From assembly GCA_010093995.1 (NCBI GenBank), contig ML992512.1:62001-125912 (forward strand): 63,912 bases of DNA. Reading direction: 5' to 3'. Below the pieces are notes generated by a model, which was given only the letters and a program-made list of their open reading frames with translations, ran no database searches and had not been told where the DNA came from. Source of the DNA: Elsinoe ampelina. Taxonomy: Eukaryota. The translations under genes were made by a program, and so were the position numbers. Each line of letters begins with the position of its first letter. Position 1 is the stretch's first letter. Below, piece by piece: positions 63,240 to 63,912 of this stretch.

Positions 63240-63912
63240 AACCACCAAAATGAGGTAGATTGTAACTATATAAATACTTAACCTGGTGTACTAAAAGATA
63301 GCTAAATCAAAAGAACTCCTTAATAGTAACAGATTAAGACAATAATTATCTAATTTGATTATAGATTAGTAAAATAGTAAGATAGTATTTAGTTTAGCCT
63401 TAGGATAAACTAAATTAGGGTCTTCTTAGCGCTCTAGCTTATGCCTCGGTTAATATACCCCTTTACTAAGTAGCTATAACTCTATAATAGCTAGTTAGTG
63501 GACTACTAACTCGAGGGATAGCTATTATAAGAAGGCCTTATACCTCCTAGGTAGTAATAATTTAGTAAATCTATTAGCTAGTATATCTACTAATAGTGTC
63601 TATATAACTAAGATAGGACTAGATAGATCTCTAGCTTAATTAATCTCTTGTTTTAGCTAATAATAATAAATATTAACATAGTAAAGATATATATTTAGCT
63701 TCTTAATTAGAGTAGTAATAAGACTAATAGTTTACTAATTATTATACTAAATACTAATATGTTTAAGGGGATAGATAGATATTAGAGGCTATTAGCCTCC
63801 TCTACTATATAGCTTACTTAATAGTCTCTATAAGAGTAAGTAGCTTAGCTTCTATAGTTAATATTATAACTATTAGTTACTTTATAGCTTTCTAGTTAAT
63901 TAATCCTTAAAA
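63240..63912. mobile_element. AT-rich RIP-degraded repeat/transposon relic (partial; runs off the window)
   Basis: Abrupt fall in GC. Saturated with TA, TAG, CTA and TAA, with almost no CA/TG dinucleotides and no ORF >=60 aa. Element family not identifiable. Confidence 0.75.

Overview
Gene-dense (~52-55% GC by eye) chromosome segment from a filamentous ascomycete (Pezizomycotina; probably a Dothideomycete, inferred). Introns are short, mostly ~47-60 nt, GT..AG with CTRAC/GCTGAC branch points. About 28 protein-coding genes can be modelled by hand-splicing. Housekeeping genes: SAC7-like RhoGAP, TIM9, FAM32A-like, NTH1, HCS1 helicase, RPL22, BUG1-like golgin, BMT6, CDC31, MRP10, RIB3, polyamine oxidase, YOX1-like homeobox and PEX29-like. 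Accessory genes: a frameshifted S8 subtilase, a PNP_UDP-NACHT-ankyrin NLR, a non-catalytic-looking membrane pepsin, a divergent SET protein and a secreted PAN/apple protein. The standout is a compact six-gene cluster at 43.9-55.2 kb resembling a bacterial polysaccharide utilisation locus: two secreted alginate-lyase-fold enzymes, an anion-type MFS transporter, a cytosolic GH88, a cytosolic GH28-like beta-helix enzyme, and a Zn2Cys6 regulator whose promoter is dense in CreA sites. A second window-wide signal is a recurrent, strand-symmetric switch from C/A-rich to G/T-rich sequence near the 3' ends of about ten genes. The window ends in an AT-rich, RIP-like degraded repeat. I recognised no tRNA, rRNA or CRISPR array. 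All family calls come from motif recognition, not database searches.
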